Part shown: in pieces, positions 51,560-64,000 of the stretch
Layout: every line of letters begins with the position of its first letter
Position numbering within the stretch: the first letter of the stretch is position 1
NCBI RefSeq assembly: GCF_963921235.1
Contig: NC_086097.1
Span: 144,710,001 to 144,774,000 of the forward strand
DNA length: 64,000 bases
Direction of reading: 5' to 3'
Origin: Mobula hypostoma
Taxonomy: Eukaryota
Notes under the pieces: model-generated
What the model saw: the letters and a program-made list of their open reading frames with translations, nothing else
Database searches by the model: none
What the model was told of the DNA's origin: nothing
Position numbers and translations under genes: made by a program

Positions 51560-52900
51560 ACTCATCTAAGGTATGCTTCATGTAGATTCCAATAGGCTTA
51601 ACTTCCAGCCACTTCAAAAAATGAAATTAACGACTCAAATCTCTTTTCACAGAAGTCTATATGCACTCATTGCATAAGTTTCTTTAACCATATCACACTT
51701 GCAATGCTGTTCCCCTGATGTTGAACTCCATCGCTGAAAAACAGTATATTGATTTGCCAGTTTTCCACATTTTCATTCAAACCTTGTTAGTGCAAAACAG
51801 TGAATGATTGCCTTCATTGTCCCTATACCAGTGTGCTCTATATGTAACTTGATCAATATCTTTGCTATTAGGACAGCAGGCATTACCACATCCATGCCAT
51901 ATGATTACCAATTTTGGTGGAAATAAAATTGCCTTAACTCTTCAGCTGTATATTTGCCCATATCTAACCAATTCATAAAACCATGTTCAGAAGCACAACT
52001 CACAAAATCTTTCCATGTTTGCCTTGTAATTTCAGAAACTATCAAGAGAAAATCTTCACTCTCTAACTCTCTAGAGTTAGAGTGCAAATGCCACTTGCAC
52101 AGTTTGCAGTTGAGGTCTCATGAGGTAGTTTAGACCAATGCATTTGACACCACATTTAGCTTCGAGGCATTGGATCTGCTTGCGTATTAATCAGAAGTAG
52201 AAGAATTGAGTATCATTGCATTCGTAGGTTTGCCCTTCATCCCGTATCAGATTTCAGCCCAAGAATTGCTTCTGGTCGCATTTGGTCTATTACTAACGTG
52301 AATAGTCATCCAAAATGAATTGATGGAGTTTTTGACATTAAATGTGATGAAAACTCCTTTGACATAGTTTATTTTGTAGGTACAAAGTGATTTTTTTCTG
52401 GCTGTCATTCATCACATGGCTGATAACTACCCTAGTGCTGGAGCTTGAAGTATCATTCAATAAACTTAATTCATGGATGAGGGTATAATGGATTAGAATA
52501 GCTTTACTACCTCACAGTGCCTTATATGTATCTTAAGCACATCGTTGCACTTTGGCTGAGGTCCACAGAACATCCTTTTCAAATAAATGATGTAAGGGTG
52601 AGAGAACTGGTGCCAAATCCAGTGGAAGACCTGCTTAATATTGTACCATTCCCAAGAATGACCTCAATTCAGGTGCATTCTCAGGTTTCTGGAACTTTAT
52701 AACCACATTTTAGTTTTCTTATACAGACTACTAAACATATGCATCTGCTCTTATTCCAAAATAGAGCACATTTGTTCCTTTTTAATTTCACATTATGCTT
52801 ATGTAATCATATTAGTTCCTCTGTGAAAATTTGAAGACTTCCTATTTCAATGTTCATAGTAATCATAACATTGTCCCAATTGCACAAGGGGTGATTTATT
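51560..52900 (-). pseudogene. pol: Ancient Gypsy (Mag-like) pol relic
   Basis: Minus-strand fragments in the expected order: WDNVMIT...HNVKLKRNKC (RT), PENAPELRSFLGMVQY, DTSS...VVISHVM (RH), LNVVSNAL, VVMPAVLIAKILIKLHIEHTGIGTMKA (IN zinc finger), VHIDFCEK, KWLEV. Confidence 0.75.
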
Positions 52901-52904
52901 CACA

Positions 52905-55120
52905 GAATCATGAAAGTTTAGAGTACAGAAGGAGGCTTTTCAGCCCATCAGTTCTGTACATGGAAATATTAAAAATGGAAACAGGTGACGTCTTTTCAGC
53001 CCTTTGAGTTTGCACCACCATTTAGCAGAAACATCGCTGATCATTTGCTTCAGTACCATTTTCAGATACTTTCCGTATAAATTTTGATATCTACACATCT
53101 AAAAAAATGGTCTCTTTGTCAGTCTATTTAGTGACATGGCTCCTACAGCCCCCATGGCAGTTAATTCCACAGGCTCACCATTCATTAAGGTTTTAAATGG
53201 ATTATCTCTCATTCTTTTAAACTCTTGTGAATACAAACCAATTGACCTAATTTCTCCTTAAATTACATCCTACTATCTGAAAAAATCTGTCTGATCAACC
53301 TCTGTGCACTCCCTCAAGGCCAAGTATATTCTTTGTTAGAGAATGAAACCAACACTACACAGACTACTCCAGGTTTGCTCTCACCAAGGTCCTATATAAT
53401 TATAACAGTGTATTATAACAGCTCCTGTGTTCAAAACCACTTGCAACAAAGACGAACATTTTATTGGCCTTTTTAACTGCTTGCTACATCTGCATGTTAA
53501 CTTTCAGTAACTAGAGTACAATGTCAAATAAGTCTCTTGGTATATAAACATTGTTAAATAACGCATCATTTTCATCTTACTAACATGCATAGCTTCATTA
53601 TGCTGTGTTTGCCAAATTTCTGCTCACTAACCATCTTATTTTCAATTATCACATTCCTCTACCCTCTCCCCATAACCCTACAAATTATTTCTTCTCAATA
53701 ATTGGTTATCTCCCTTTTGAACATTACAATTTAATCAGTCCCCACTACAGACCCTAACTCAATTATAGATGCTCACTGCAGCCTTTCCAAAGCTTTCACA
53801 CATTTCTTAAAGTGTAGCACCTAAGACTAGACACATTTTTTCAGTTAAAACCAATTCAGTGTTCCATATTTGCTTTTTATACACTTTGTGCTTTTATTTA
53901 TAAAATAGAGGAGCCAAAATTCTTTGTTTACTACTTTTGCACCCAGTTATAGCATTTTGAATGGATTAAGTCTTAAGATCACTGTGCTGTGATGTGTTTT
54001 AGCATTGCTGCTTTAAGACTATATTGGTCTTTCTCATTCCTCCTACCTGAATACAGTATAGCATTGCATTTCTCAGCACCAAGTGCTTTACCCACTTCTA
54101 ATGCAGCAAACTTTTTTTCAGAATGTCTTTTTAGCTCATACAATATATCAACCACATCTAACTTTGCTGAGATTCCAGCATCAACTTCTTCCTTGTTGCA
54201 GAACAATATAATTTGTCACTTAGCAGCTTAGGCATGTCCTCAGCCTCGCTAAGTAAATTTATATTTTGGCATCTAATCGGTGCCACCTCTCCTATTACAA
54301 AACATATCCTATTCATATACCAGACAATTTTTAGGATTATCTTTTATTTTCATTGCTAGTCTTTCTTTACGTTCTTTCCTTACCCTTTTCCTTCCTTGAA
54401 CTTTCTGTACTCATCCTGGTTCTCACATGTATTAACATCCTGGTATCAGCTTTTTATCTCAGCTTTATTTTGTTCTCTATTCTTTCACTCATCTAAGGAA
54501 CTCCGGTTTTACTACGTTTGTAGTTTCCCTACCCTCTCCATCAGGGGAATGTATACAGAGAGTAGTTAAATTAAGTCCTCTTAAAGATCCGCCATTCACT
54601 ATTGAATGACAGCTTAGCCTGCCAAGCTTTATATCCACTTTACTCATGAGGACTGATCTGTTTTCATCTCATTGCAACTGGCCCTTCTCCAATTGGCTAT
54701 TCTGTACCTTGTAGTGATCTTCCTTCTTTTCCACTGCTATTCTGAAGCGTAGGATATTAAATTCATTTTTCCTTAAATGTTCCGTCATTGACTCTTAGTT
54801 CAGTTAGCCTGGTTCATTTCCAAGAATTCCAGCAATGCAGTTTTCCTCATTAGTCCAAAGACTGATGAAGAAAATCCTTTTGAGCACTAAAGACATTGAT
54901 GTTCCAGTCTACCTTTGGATGCTGAAATTCCCCATCATCACTACACCATGGCTTTTGCACATCTCTGTCAGTTTCCTTCAGGATTATTTCTCATTATTTT
55001 CTTCTCAATGGTCAAAATCCTACAGACTTGAAAATTGTACCTTCATTGCTTCACAACTCTAAGCTTGGTTGGTCTATACATCTTCTCTCTCCAGCATCAT
55101 TACATTTCCTTTATCAATAC
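52905..55120 (-). mobile_element. Patchwork of very old CR1 LINE fragments
   Basis: Antisense CR1-like segments (cacagactactccagg, tctcaccaaggtcctatataa, gctgaaattccccatcatcactac). Confidence 0.55.
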
Positions 55121-55395
55121 ACAACCTCAATTGCTTGCTCTTTCTCTCTCTCTCAGCCATGCTGTATTTCTCTGATGAACCATAAATTAGCATGTCTCCC
55201 TTATTAGAGACTCAGGTAGTTTCTTAGCAATAATTTCAGAAGAGATGGTTTACAGTTTGCTGGTTTTTCCTCTCTCATTTTTTAAAATAGTGGCATTAAA
55301 ATTTTCCTATCGAAGTACATGGATCCTGGCTCAAGACAACTTCACTGTATTACGTTTAAGATACTTGCAAAGTTCTCACATTTTCGTTTAGAATC

Positions 55396-55525
55396 GTCCT
55401 GAAAAAGGGTCTCAGCTCAACTGTTTACTCTTTTCTATAGATGATGCTTGACCCACTGAGTTTCTCCTGCATTCTGTGTGTGCTGCTTTGTATTTCCAGC
55501 ATCTTTAGATTTTCTTGTGCTTGTT
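55396..55525 (+). repeat. Short Penelope-derived terminal repeat (degenerate hammerhead region); older relics at about 55710-55830, 56445-56540, 56770-56895 and 58960-59025
   Basis: gtcctgaaaaagggtctcagc...gatgatgcttgacc...tatttccagcatct...gattttcttgtg. Confidence 0.65.
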
Positions 55526-58500
55526 TTCCTTTAAAATGCTGGTACTGAAATCCATGAGTCCATTTAACATTAGCAATACATTATAGACAAAACTTTATCT
55601 TACCTGCCTCATTATTTCACCCTAACAGAGAAATTACCTTTGTTCCACTCACATCCCCAAACTCCCACACACTTTCTCTGCTACCTAGACTAACTTCTTT
55701 CTTTCTTTCTCAGGTCTGATGGAAAAGTGCAGATCTGAAACACGATCTGCTGCCCTTTCTGCAGAAGATGATTGACAAGCAGAGTTTCTCCAGCACTTCT
55801 GGTTTTCTTTCTGATTTTAAACATCTACAGAATTGGCTTTGTTGATTGGTCACACATCAGCATTATTATTTTCTTTATCAGTGATATTTTACTTGTGTTA
55901 ATTTTGGCACACCTCTGTCCCTTATTCCACATTAATTTTCTGAGGTAATCTGAAATCTAATCATTTTCATTTGTAGTTATGTAAAATTTGATTAACAAGT
56001 AATCACTCAACATTACTGACACTTACTTGCTTCTATTTATAATATAATTTTAATTCATCTGTATAGAGCCAAATTGTCCTCACCACCCTGTTCTCCCCTC
56101 AACCAATTGTAGCCTTTTTATATGGATTTAATTTGCAAGCTGCGTATTCATATCCATTTTATTATTGCTACTGTCTGGTTCTTCACCTTTAGCTGTTCCC
56201 TCTGTCTCTCCCAATCATGGAGAGCTGAGCTGTTTTTTTTTACATTTTAAAATGTTTTTCTTTTGCTTTTGTGTTGTCCTTGCCTTTAGTCTTCTATGAC
56301 TAATTTTGTTTTGTAACTCAGCTGCATGTCTCTAGGGATATAAAGTGACTGTGTGTCAAATTACATTTCTTTCTCAGTACTTCCCTGGGGTCTACTTAGT
56401 GGATTTATTCATATTTGCAATAGATTCCCTCAGTATCATGTCTTTGACCTGAAACATTCTCTTTCTCCTTCTACAGATGCAAATTGACCTAATGTTTTCC
56501 AGCAATTTTCCTTGTCCTTTCAGACTTCCAGCATTCTCCATTGATTTCATCTTCTGCAGCAACTCTCACGTGGATATCACAATTTCCACATCTTCCCTTT
56601 GCTTGTTTTCCCACTATAGCTCCACATCATAGTATCAACTCGACAACGTTATAAACTAGCTTATGCCAAGGGAGTTCTGGTGTCAATTCATCAGCGATAT
56701 TCGCCTAATCTTTCCATCTTTCCCCAACCCTTTCTACAATTTTAAACTCCCTTGTTTTCTCATTTTTCCAGTTCTGATCAAGGATCTTTAAACTAAAAGA
56801 CTTACTCTGTTTCTTCTTTAATTCACTCTGGTGCCTATCTGACCTGCTGAGTGCTTACAACATTTTCAGATTTTATTTCAAACTTCCAGCATTTAATTTG
56901 TTTGTTGGTGTCTTCTGTCTCACCTGTCTCTGCATTAACTAAATCTGGAATGTTACTAATTGTTTTGCATTCCCTCTTTCAAACGTAGCATTGAATTTAG
57001 TGTTAGATTAGCTGCTAACAGATGTTAATGGACTATTTGTTTGTTCATCAAATTTGGCTCATTACTTCATATTAAATCTAATATGACCTGCTCCAAAATC
57101 ACAATGCAAAGGAAATATGAATAGGATAGCACCATAAAATTTATCCGAGAATCTGAAATCCAGAGATCAATGACCATATATTGTAAAATAGAGAAAGGAT
57201 GTGATTCAAGAAAGCTGGAGCCCCAAGGTGAGATCATATAGCCAATTGAATGACAAGCCTAATCCTATTTCCTTCCCAGAATTTTGAGGACACATTCCTC
57301 CTCGGTGAATGGACTTGTTCAGTTGCTTTTGTTCTAAATGTATATATTTTCCTTAATTATGCTGAGGCAGCCTAAGCAAGAGTTCAGTTGATGAAAACAA
57401 GTAGCTGTACAGAACAAGAATGTCTCAAATTTAATTCCCAGCCTGTCCTAAGCTAATTGACCTGAGCCACTTTGGTGCAGAAAGCTTTGGATGTGGATGA
57501 CAGCCAGGAACTGAGCCATCTTGGCTACTTTGTTCACAAGAACGGTTTGAATCGAAAGTTTGCATTCTCTAAAAACCCTTAGTGACCAACCACCTCAACT
57601 GATTCTGTATTAATCATTTTCATACTTTAGCCTCTGAGTTATAAAGTTATAGCTCAATACCCATCCAGAAACTTGAGTACTACTCTTGGGCTGCAGAATG
57701 CTTGAGAGATTACTATTCATCAGGCTGAACTTCAAGTGGGTAGACATTCTTCTAATCAGCTAGGCTATTTGAAAAGTCCCGAGTACCACTGATTATCATT
57801 CTTATGTGTGGGACTTGCATGCAAACTAGCTGCCTCCATAAGAACAGTGACTACATGCTAAAAGGGATAAATGATTGAATTCTCCTGATCTTGTGGAAAT
57901 ACACCTTGGAAATTCAAGCCCTTTTTGGAGATTGTTCACAGTGTACTCAAAGAAGATTGTACAGCTGAGATAAAAATCCTCGTGGGATATATTGCCTATG
58001 AAATGAAAGGGCTTGATGAATTAATGAACTTACTTATTCCATACACTTTATCTTGCTATAACTAATAGATATAGAAGCTTTAAATTACCTTTTAAATATA
58101 TTAGACTTTTACTTTGAACTAGACAAACTTTTTACAAAGTTCCTGCACAAATTGCTCTTTACTCGTTAACAGTTTATGCTTTGATATTCAAAAACATTAG
58201 TTACAAGAAGTTGTTTCCTAAATAAACGTTGACAACTTTTTGGAATCAGATGTTATTGAATTTCTCTTCGGAAAAAAAGCAGGACTGGTTTATATGTAAG
58301 CTGTCACATGGGCTCAGTGTCGAGTCGGAAAAGCTGTAACACCAGGATTATTCTTCCGTGGCAACATGCTGGGTTGCAAGAAACCATCCCTGATGTCAGC
58401 ACTCAGAGTTGACTATCAGCTCAGTGGTGTTTTCAGTGTATTGGGTAACATACTGAGCTGAAAATTTAACACACTTTTCGATTTCAAACACACAGCCACA

Positions 58501-61027
58501 GTGAAATATTGCTTTACGTTTATTACACATATCAGTGTGAAAAGTAACACTCCATATATCTGCTACAAATTAAGCCCCAGCACTGATTGTGTTTAGTTTT
58601 TTGTAAAAATACTTCGACTCATTTGTAGGATTAGACGTTACTTTTAGTTCACTGCCCATAAGATTCCACCCTGCTCTCTAAAGGAACACATTACGAGCTA
58701 AACTTTCTTTCCTTTTTTCCACACTCCTCTCCTGCAGGCCTGATTAAAGTTAGAATATGATTCCATGGATACCTATAATGCTATAGAAGCTCATACGCCA
58801 GAGATTTTCTAGACGTGAAAGCCCAGATATTTTCTGACACCAATCAATTCAACACTGAAAACAACAATTTAAGAAACAAATCTTCTCTTTACTCTACCAA
58901 AAGAAGACATCGTTAATCTTCAGTCCTATTCCTTGCACACTAGTAATTTTCTTCAAGATGCAAGAGACAGTAGATGCTGGAATCTGGACCAACAAACAAC
59001 CTGCGGGAGAAACTCGGTGGGTTTCTTCCACTCCTAACCCTCTGGATAAAAGGAACACTGATACACTTATTCATGTCTTTAATTCCCAGTTTAAACTCCA
59101 TATATCCCATTGAAGGATTACTTCATTGTCCTTGTTCTTGGCTTTAAACGTTTCCATGTTCTCACCCAATCAAAGAACAGCATCCTTCAACCAGGTACTC
59201 AGGAGCAGAAGTAGTCCATTCATCCACTTACATATGCACCATCTTCAATTCCATTATGGCTACTAGGCTCTTCAACCACTTATCTATCTTTAATCCATAT
59301 TTGTGAATAACTTACCTAAAGGTGAGTTCCTAAAAGTCATAAAATACAAGATCCATAGACCATTGGAAATATAGTTTCTACGGCATTTTTATTACCCTTT
59401 CCACACAATATGTGTGTCTCGAACCCTCTCCTAAATAATCTATGGTGCTTTACTTCACATTCAAATATTTTTAATCAGATTAAAAACACCAACTATATTA
59501 GTTCTCAATTTATTTTGCTCAGTGAATTTACTGTATATAATCTTTTTGCATGATTTAACCATTCAATCCTCTATTATCGCGATGAGTAAGCACATTCCCA
59601 TTGCTATGCTGTCCAGAGCAAAGCTATACTTCCTGAAGGGCGATGCCCAGATCTGAATGAAATATCCCAAAAGTGTTTTGATCAAACTACTCTTCAATGG
59701 AGCGGGTCCTTCAATAGATTGTATTTTGTGGACTATATTCAATTAATTGATTGAGGTTTTTTTTTCTGCGTGAAGGAGACCACATAATTATAAGTTATCA
59801 CAGAAGGGTTAATCACAGAAGTATTATCTGCATTTGCCAGCAGCCTATTCCTTGTACTGAGCAGAAAAATAAATTTCTTCTGATCTCCGATTTTGCTTAG
59901 GGCTTGTTAGTATTACTCATGTTCTCCATCTCTGCATTCACAGTTGAATCCAGGATGGCTGCCAGCACCAGAGCAGCTGAAATAGCTGAACTATAGCCCC
60001 AGGCTTTGGCCTACTTTTTTCTCAAACTGTAGCACATTCTGAAAGCCAGATTGACACTGCTAATATATGATGCCAGTCAGCAGTAGTAGTATCTCTTGGT
60101 CACACTGCCAGTTGAATATATGTAATTACTATTCAATTTGCGATACATAACTACATATATATAGAAAGCATAGTCATATTTACCACACATTCAATATATC
60201 AAAATTATATGAGTGTTGAAGACCTGTAATAAAGCCTAAAGTGTCAGAAATGTACAGAAGGCATGCCAAAGAAATAATCGATCAATATTTCAGATGGAAA
60301 TCTTTTGTGTGAACAAATTAGCGTTCTGAATTTTCCCCAAAATCCATCTTCAAATCAGAAAAGACAAGTGCAGGAACAACAGCACAAGACTAAATGATAA
60401 GGACTCTAGCCGCCTTAATTTGGATTTTCTACTTACATGTTTTCTGCTGGCTGTGACACCAGCTTCCAACCCAGCCATTTATACATGCAAATGTTACGTT
60501 TCCCGGTCCCTTTTCACTCGCATTCTCAGCTTCTGCTGTGATGCTACCAGTACCCAAGGCTACAGGTAACCACAATAGTAATTCTTAAACAGCAGCATGG
60601 AAAGACCTTAGTCTCTAGCTAGGAAAGGGATCTTCATTATTGTCTCTTCTCCGTTTAGTTATTCAAGATTCACTTCTAAAACTCCCCAGCTAAAGAAATG
60701 CAAAGAAAATGCACTGAAAAATCTCTTTAAAAGATGGAAAATTATATTGATCTATCCAAAAGAAGCTTTTGTCTAATAAGAGCAAATCTTTAAGCCCTTG
60801 ATGTATTAAGGCAAACAAGACCACTAATAATAAGTAGGGGATTATCTCTAAAATAGTTGTAATTTCTCAGTTTCCTTCTTCATTACTCCTTCTGCAGAAA
60901 CACATTAGTTACATCTTGAAGCCACTCAGTTCCTTCAGATTTGTCCATGATAATTTGTTGTCTCTCAGAATGTATGCAAAATATTTTTTACTCTATGTCT
61001 ATGCTTTGTTTTATGTAATGTCTGATA

Positions 61028-61046
61028 TCAATAGCATCTGTATATA

Positions 61047-61081
<35 letters not shown>

Positions 61082-61087
61082 TGTGTG
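61028..61087. repeat. (TG)n microsatellite
   Basis: Direct observation. Confidence 0.95.
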
Positions 61088-61804
61088 GGAGATTTTACAT
61101 ACTTATCCAGTCCCCCACCCCCCCCCCCCAATTTCTGGGCAAAATGTAACAACTTAAGGCAGGTCATACGGAAGAATCATTGGGTTCCCAGTGTTTGGTT
61201 ATCATCCTCATTATTTTGCATTGCAAATTCTTAAGAGCAATAATGATTCCGTGCTGTAGTAACCAATATGTACAAAGTGTTCCAAATGGGATTGAATCAG
61301 CTGTAATATTAGCCCTGTTGTGGAAAATGGTATGTAACTTTTGAGATCAATTTTTAGATTTGTTTGGGTTTGGAATTTGGCTTGTAGCAAAATGCATATA
61401 ACATGTGAATCCTGAGCCAGTTTATAGTTGGAGAAATAGCTTTCTTTGGAGTCTCAGATGCTAAGAAATTGAGCTAGGTCAATAGAGTTTAGAGTTAGCA
61501 TCCCAACTCATAATCATCATTGGAGGACACAAAATTGGACCTATCCATACAAAATATCTAATAATACTGCAGTATTAGCAATAAACGATAATTAATGACA
61601 TTGATCTTAACATTCCCAATAGTTCAAAGCACTACTACCAAAACCTCTTCAGAATCAGAAAGTTATAGATTCAACTCTTTTTCCAGAAACCTGCATAAAA
61701 ACACTCAGCTGGCATTTCTGTGAAGCGATAAGGGAGCAGAGGTATGTTATTAGGATGCAATGCCAAACCAATCTATCCTCTTAGATGTTCAGGAGAGCTT
61801 ATAC

Positions 61805-64000
61805 TGTAGCGATGTGCTACACACATTGCTAGAATAACCACACGGAGTCGGTGAGTTAGAGTTGCGATGAAAAAGATTTATTCAAACTTCGCGGCCCACT
61901 TTAAAGCCTTCCCATTCCCGCCCTCCCAGGGCGGGATTGCTGTGGGGAATGCATATTCCCAGACCCTTTCTGCGCGCGGGATTCTCCCCCTGCCGGTGAA
62001 GATGGCCTGGCGCCCTTTTTGGGGCCGGCCCTCTGCCTACGCGCGCTGTTGTGAGCCGGTTCGTGTGTGCCAGAAAGTGGGTCGCCACAAACCCCCCCCC
62101 CCCCAGAACCGGCGATACCTCCCCCAATGTCCACAGTCTGGATTGGCCTCTGTTTGGGAGGTCTGCCCCTGCGCCGCGGTGCCTGAGCCTGGACCAGTTG
62201 CGCCAAGTCCACATGGGCCGGTTTGAGTCGGTCCACCGTGAAAACCTCCTCTCTTCCCCCAATGTCCAGCACGAACGTGGACCCGTTGCTCCTGATCACC
62301 CTAAACGGTCCCTCGTAGGGCCGCTGTAGCGGTGCCCGGTGTCCGCCCCGTCGTACAAAAAGAAACTTACAGTTCTGCAGGTCTTTGGGTACGCAGGTCG
62401 GGCTCTGTCTGTGCTGTGAAGTGGGTATGGGGGCCAGGTTACCGAGCCTCTCCCGTCGTCTGTCCAGGACTGCTGTGGGTTCTTCCCCTTGCCCCCTTGG
62501 GGCTGGTATGAACTCTCCTGGGACGACCAAGGGCGCGCCGTACACCAACTCGGCCGACGAGGTGTGTAGATCCTCCTTGGGCGCCGTGCGGATTCCGAGC
62601 AGGACCCAGGGAAGTTCGTCCACCCAGTTAGGCCCCTCCAAGCGGGCCATGAGAGCCGATTTCAGGTGACGGTGGAAGCGCTCCACTAGTCCATTCGACT
62701 GTGGGTGGTAGGCAGTTGTGTGGTGTAGCTGTGTTCCTAAAAGGCTGGCCATAGCCGACAACAGGCTGGAGGTGAACTGAGCGCCCCTGTCGGAGGTAAT
62801 GTGGGCTGGTACCCCGAAGCGTGCTACCCAGGTTGCGATCAGTGCTCGGGCACAGGATTCGGAGGTGGTGTCGGTGAGCGGGACTGCCTCTGGCCATCTG
62901 GTGAACCGGTCTATCATAGTTAGGAGGTACTGCGCTCCTCGCGACACTGGCAGGGGCCCCACGATATCCACATGGAGGTGGTCGAACCTCCAGCGGGTGG
63001 GTTCGAACCGCTGCGGTGGAGCCTTGGTGTGCCGCTGCACCTTGGCCGTTTGGCACTGCATGCACGTTTTGGCCCATTCACTGACCTGCTTACGAAGTCC
63101 ATGCCACACGAACCTGTTGGCGACCAGCCGGACGGTCGTCCTGATGGAGGGGTGCGCTAAGTTGTGAATGGACTCGAAAACCCGCCGGCGCCAGGCTGCT
63201 GGGACAACGGGGCGGGGTTGGCCGGTAGCTACGTCACACAGTAGGGTCCTCTCACCTGGGCCTACGGGGAGGTCTTGGAGCTGCAAACCGGAGACTGCAG
63301 TCCTGTAACTGGGGATCTCAGCATCTGCCTGCTGTGCCTCTGCCAGCGCTGCATAGTCCACCCCCTGGGACAGGGCATGTATGGTAGGTCTGGATAATGT
63401 GTCCGCCACAACGTTGTCCTTTCCAGAGACACGCCGGATGTCCGTCGTGTACTTGGAGATGTAGGACAGATGTCGCTGCTGGCGGGACGACCAGGGGTCA
63501 GACACCTTAGTGAACGCAAAGGTAAGCGGTTTGTGGTCTGTGAACGTGGTGAAGGGCCTACCTTCTAAGAAGTACCTGAAATGCCGGATTGCCAGGTATA
63601 GTGCCAATAGCTTCCGGTGGAAAGCACTGTATTTGAGTTCGGGTGGTCGTAGGTGTTTGCTGAAGAACGCCAGGGGTTGCCAGCGACCCTCGATGAGTTG
63701 TTCCAGCACTCCACCGACCACTGTGTTGGATGCGTCCACCGTGAGGGCAGTAGGAACGTCCATTCTGGGGTGCACTAGCATCGCGGCGTTTGCTAAGGCT
63801 TCTTTGGTTTTAACGAAAGCGGTTGCGGCCTCTTCGTCCCAGGTAATGTCCTTGCCCTTACCCGACATCAGGGTGAACAGGGGGCGCATGGTTCGGGCTG
63901 CTGAGGGGAGGAAACGGTGGTAAAAATTCACCATACCCACGAATTCCTGCAAGCCTTTGATTGTGTTGGGTCGGGGGAAGTGGTGGACCGCGTCTACCTT
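61805..64000 (-). mobile_element. Young Gypsy LTR retrotransposon, 3' part (continues past the window)
   Basis: 3' LTR 61805-62089 (minus strand TGTGGCGA...TCGCTACA), G-run PPT about 62090-62103, AATAAA about 61877-61882, and a CpG-rich open pol frame. Confidence 0.95.
61901..64000 (-). CDS. pol: pol C-terminal part: RT thumb, RNase H, integrase (partial CDS)
   Basis: Uninterrupted frame to the window edge. VDAS, FTDHKPL, IHNLAHP...CMQC, HVDIVG / ITSDRG / NGLVERF (DDE), PYEGPF. Confidence 0.93.
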   Translation of the reverse strand, partial: KVDAVHHFPRPNTIKGLQEFVGMVNFYHRFLPSAARTMRPLFTLMSGKGKDITWDEEAATAFVKTKEALANAAMLVHPRMDVPTALTVDASNTVVGGVLEQLIEGRWQPLAFFSKHLRPPELKYSAFHRKLLALYLAIRHFRYFLEGRPFTTFTDHKPLTFAFTKVSDPWSSRQQRHLSYISKYTTDIRRVSGKDNVVADTLSRPTIHALSQGVDYAALAEAQQADAEIPSYRTAVSGLQLQDLPVGPGERTLLCDVATGQPRPVVPAAWRRRVFESIHNLAHPSIRTTVRLVANRFVWHGLRKQVSEWAKTCMQCQTAKVQRHTKAPPQRFEPTRWRFDHLHVDIVGPLPVSRGAQYLLTMIDRFTRWPEAVPLTDTTSESCARALIATWVARFGVPAHITSDRGAQFTSSLLSAMASLLGTQLHHTTAYHPQSNGLVERFHRHLKSALMARLEGPNWVDELPWVLLGIRTAPKEDLHTSSAELVYGAPLVVPGEFIPAPRGQGEEPTAVLDRRRERLGNLAPIPTSQHRQSPTCVPKDLQNCKFLFVRRGGHRAPLQRPYEGPFRVIRSNGSTFVLDIGGREEVFTVDRLKPAHVDLAQLVQAQAPRRRGRPPKQRPIQTVDIGGGIAGSGGGGVCGDPLSGTHEPAHNSARRQRAGPKKGARPSSPAGGESRAQKGSGNMHSPQQSRPGRAGMGRL

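Noticed and set aside
58416..58461. miR-24 homolog (shares ACTGAGCTGA)
   Set aside because: The mature miR-24-3p sequence TGGCTCAGTTCAGCAGG and the precursor layout are absent.
61867..63923. Plus-strand ORFs overlapping the young Gypsy pol
   Set aside because: They are antisense shadows of a GC-rich coding frame.
1..64000. CRISPR array, prokaryotic operon or rRNA
   Set aside because: No regularly spaced repeat-spacer array, gene-dense organisation or rRNA-like sequence seen; the content is vertebrate repeat-rich DNA.

Overview
Vertebrate genomic DNA, most likely intronic or intergenic DNA of a cartilaginous fish (probably a ray). This is inferred from the repeat repertoire: CR1, Rex1/Babar, RTE and L1 LINEs, Penelope-like elements, V-SINEs, Deu-type SINEs, Tc1 derivatives and Gypsy LTR elements. 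I found no confidently identifiable host protein-coding exon; nearly all long ORFs are transposon-derived or antisense to transposons. Main elements: a decayed Tf1/sushi-type chromodomain Gypsy element (7019-12090) inside a Tc1 remnant; a Mag-like Gypsy element (31473-35098) inside a CR1 and itself interrupted by an L1 3' end; an internally deleted sushi-type element (44576-47743) carrying a solo LTR; an ancient Gypsy pol relic (about 51560-52900); and a young Gypsy element with an open pol frame (61805-64000). The most interesting signals are Penelope-derived. One 955-bp insertion (12701-13655) has a perfect 14-bp target-site duplication (TSD), head-to-head inverted Penelope ends that each contain a minimal hammerhead-ribozyme motif (one apparently intact), and about 725 bp of unrelated cargo between them. 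Two other Penelope insertions show the same asymmetric inverted-end architecture. All calls were made by eye; boundaries of old repeats are approximate.
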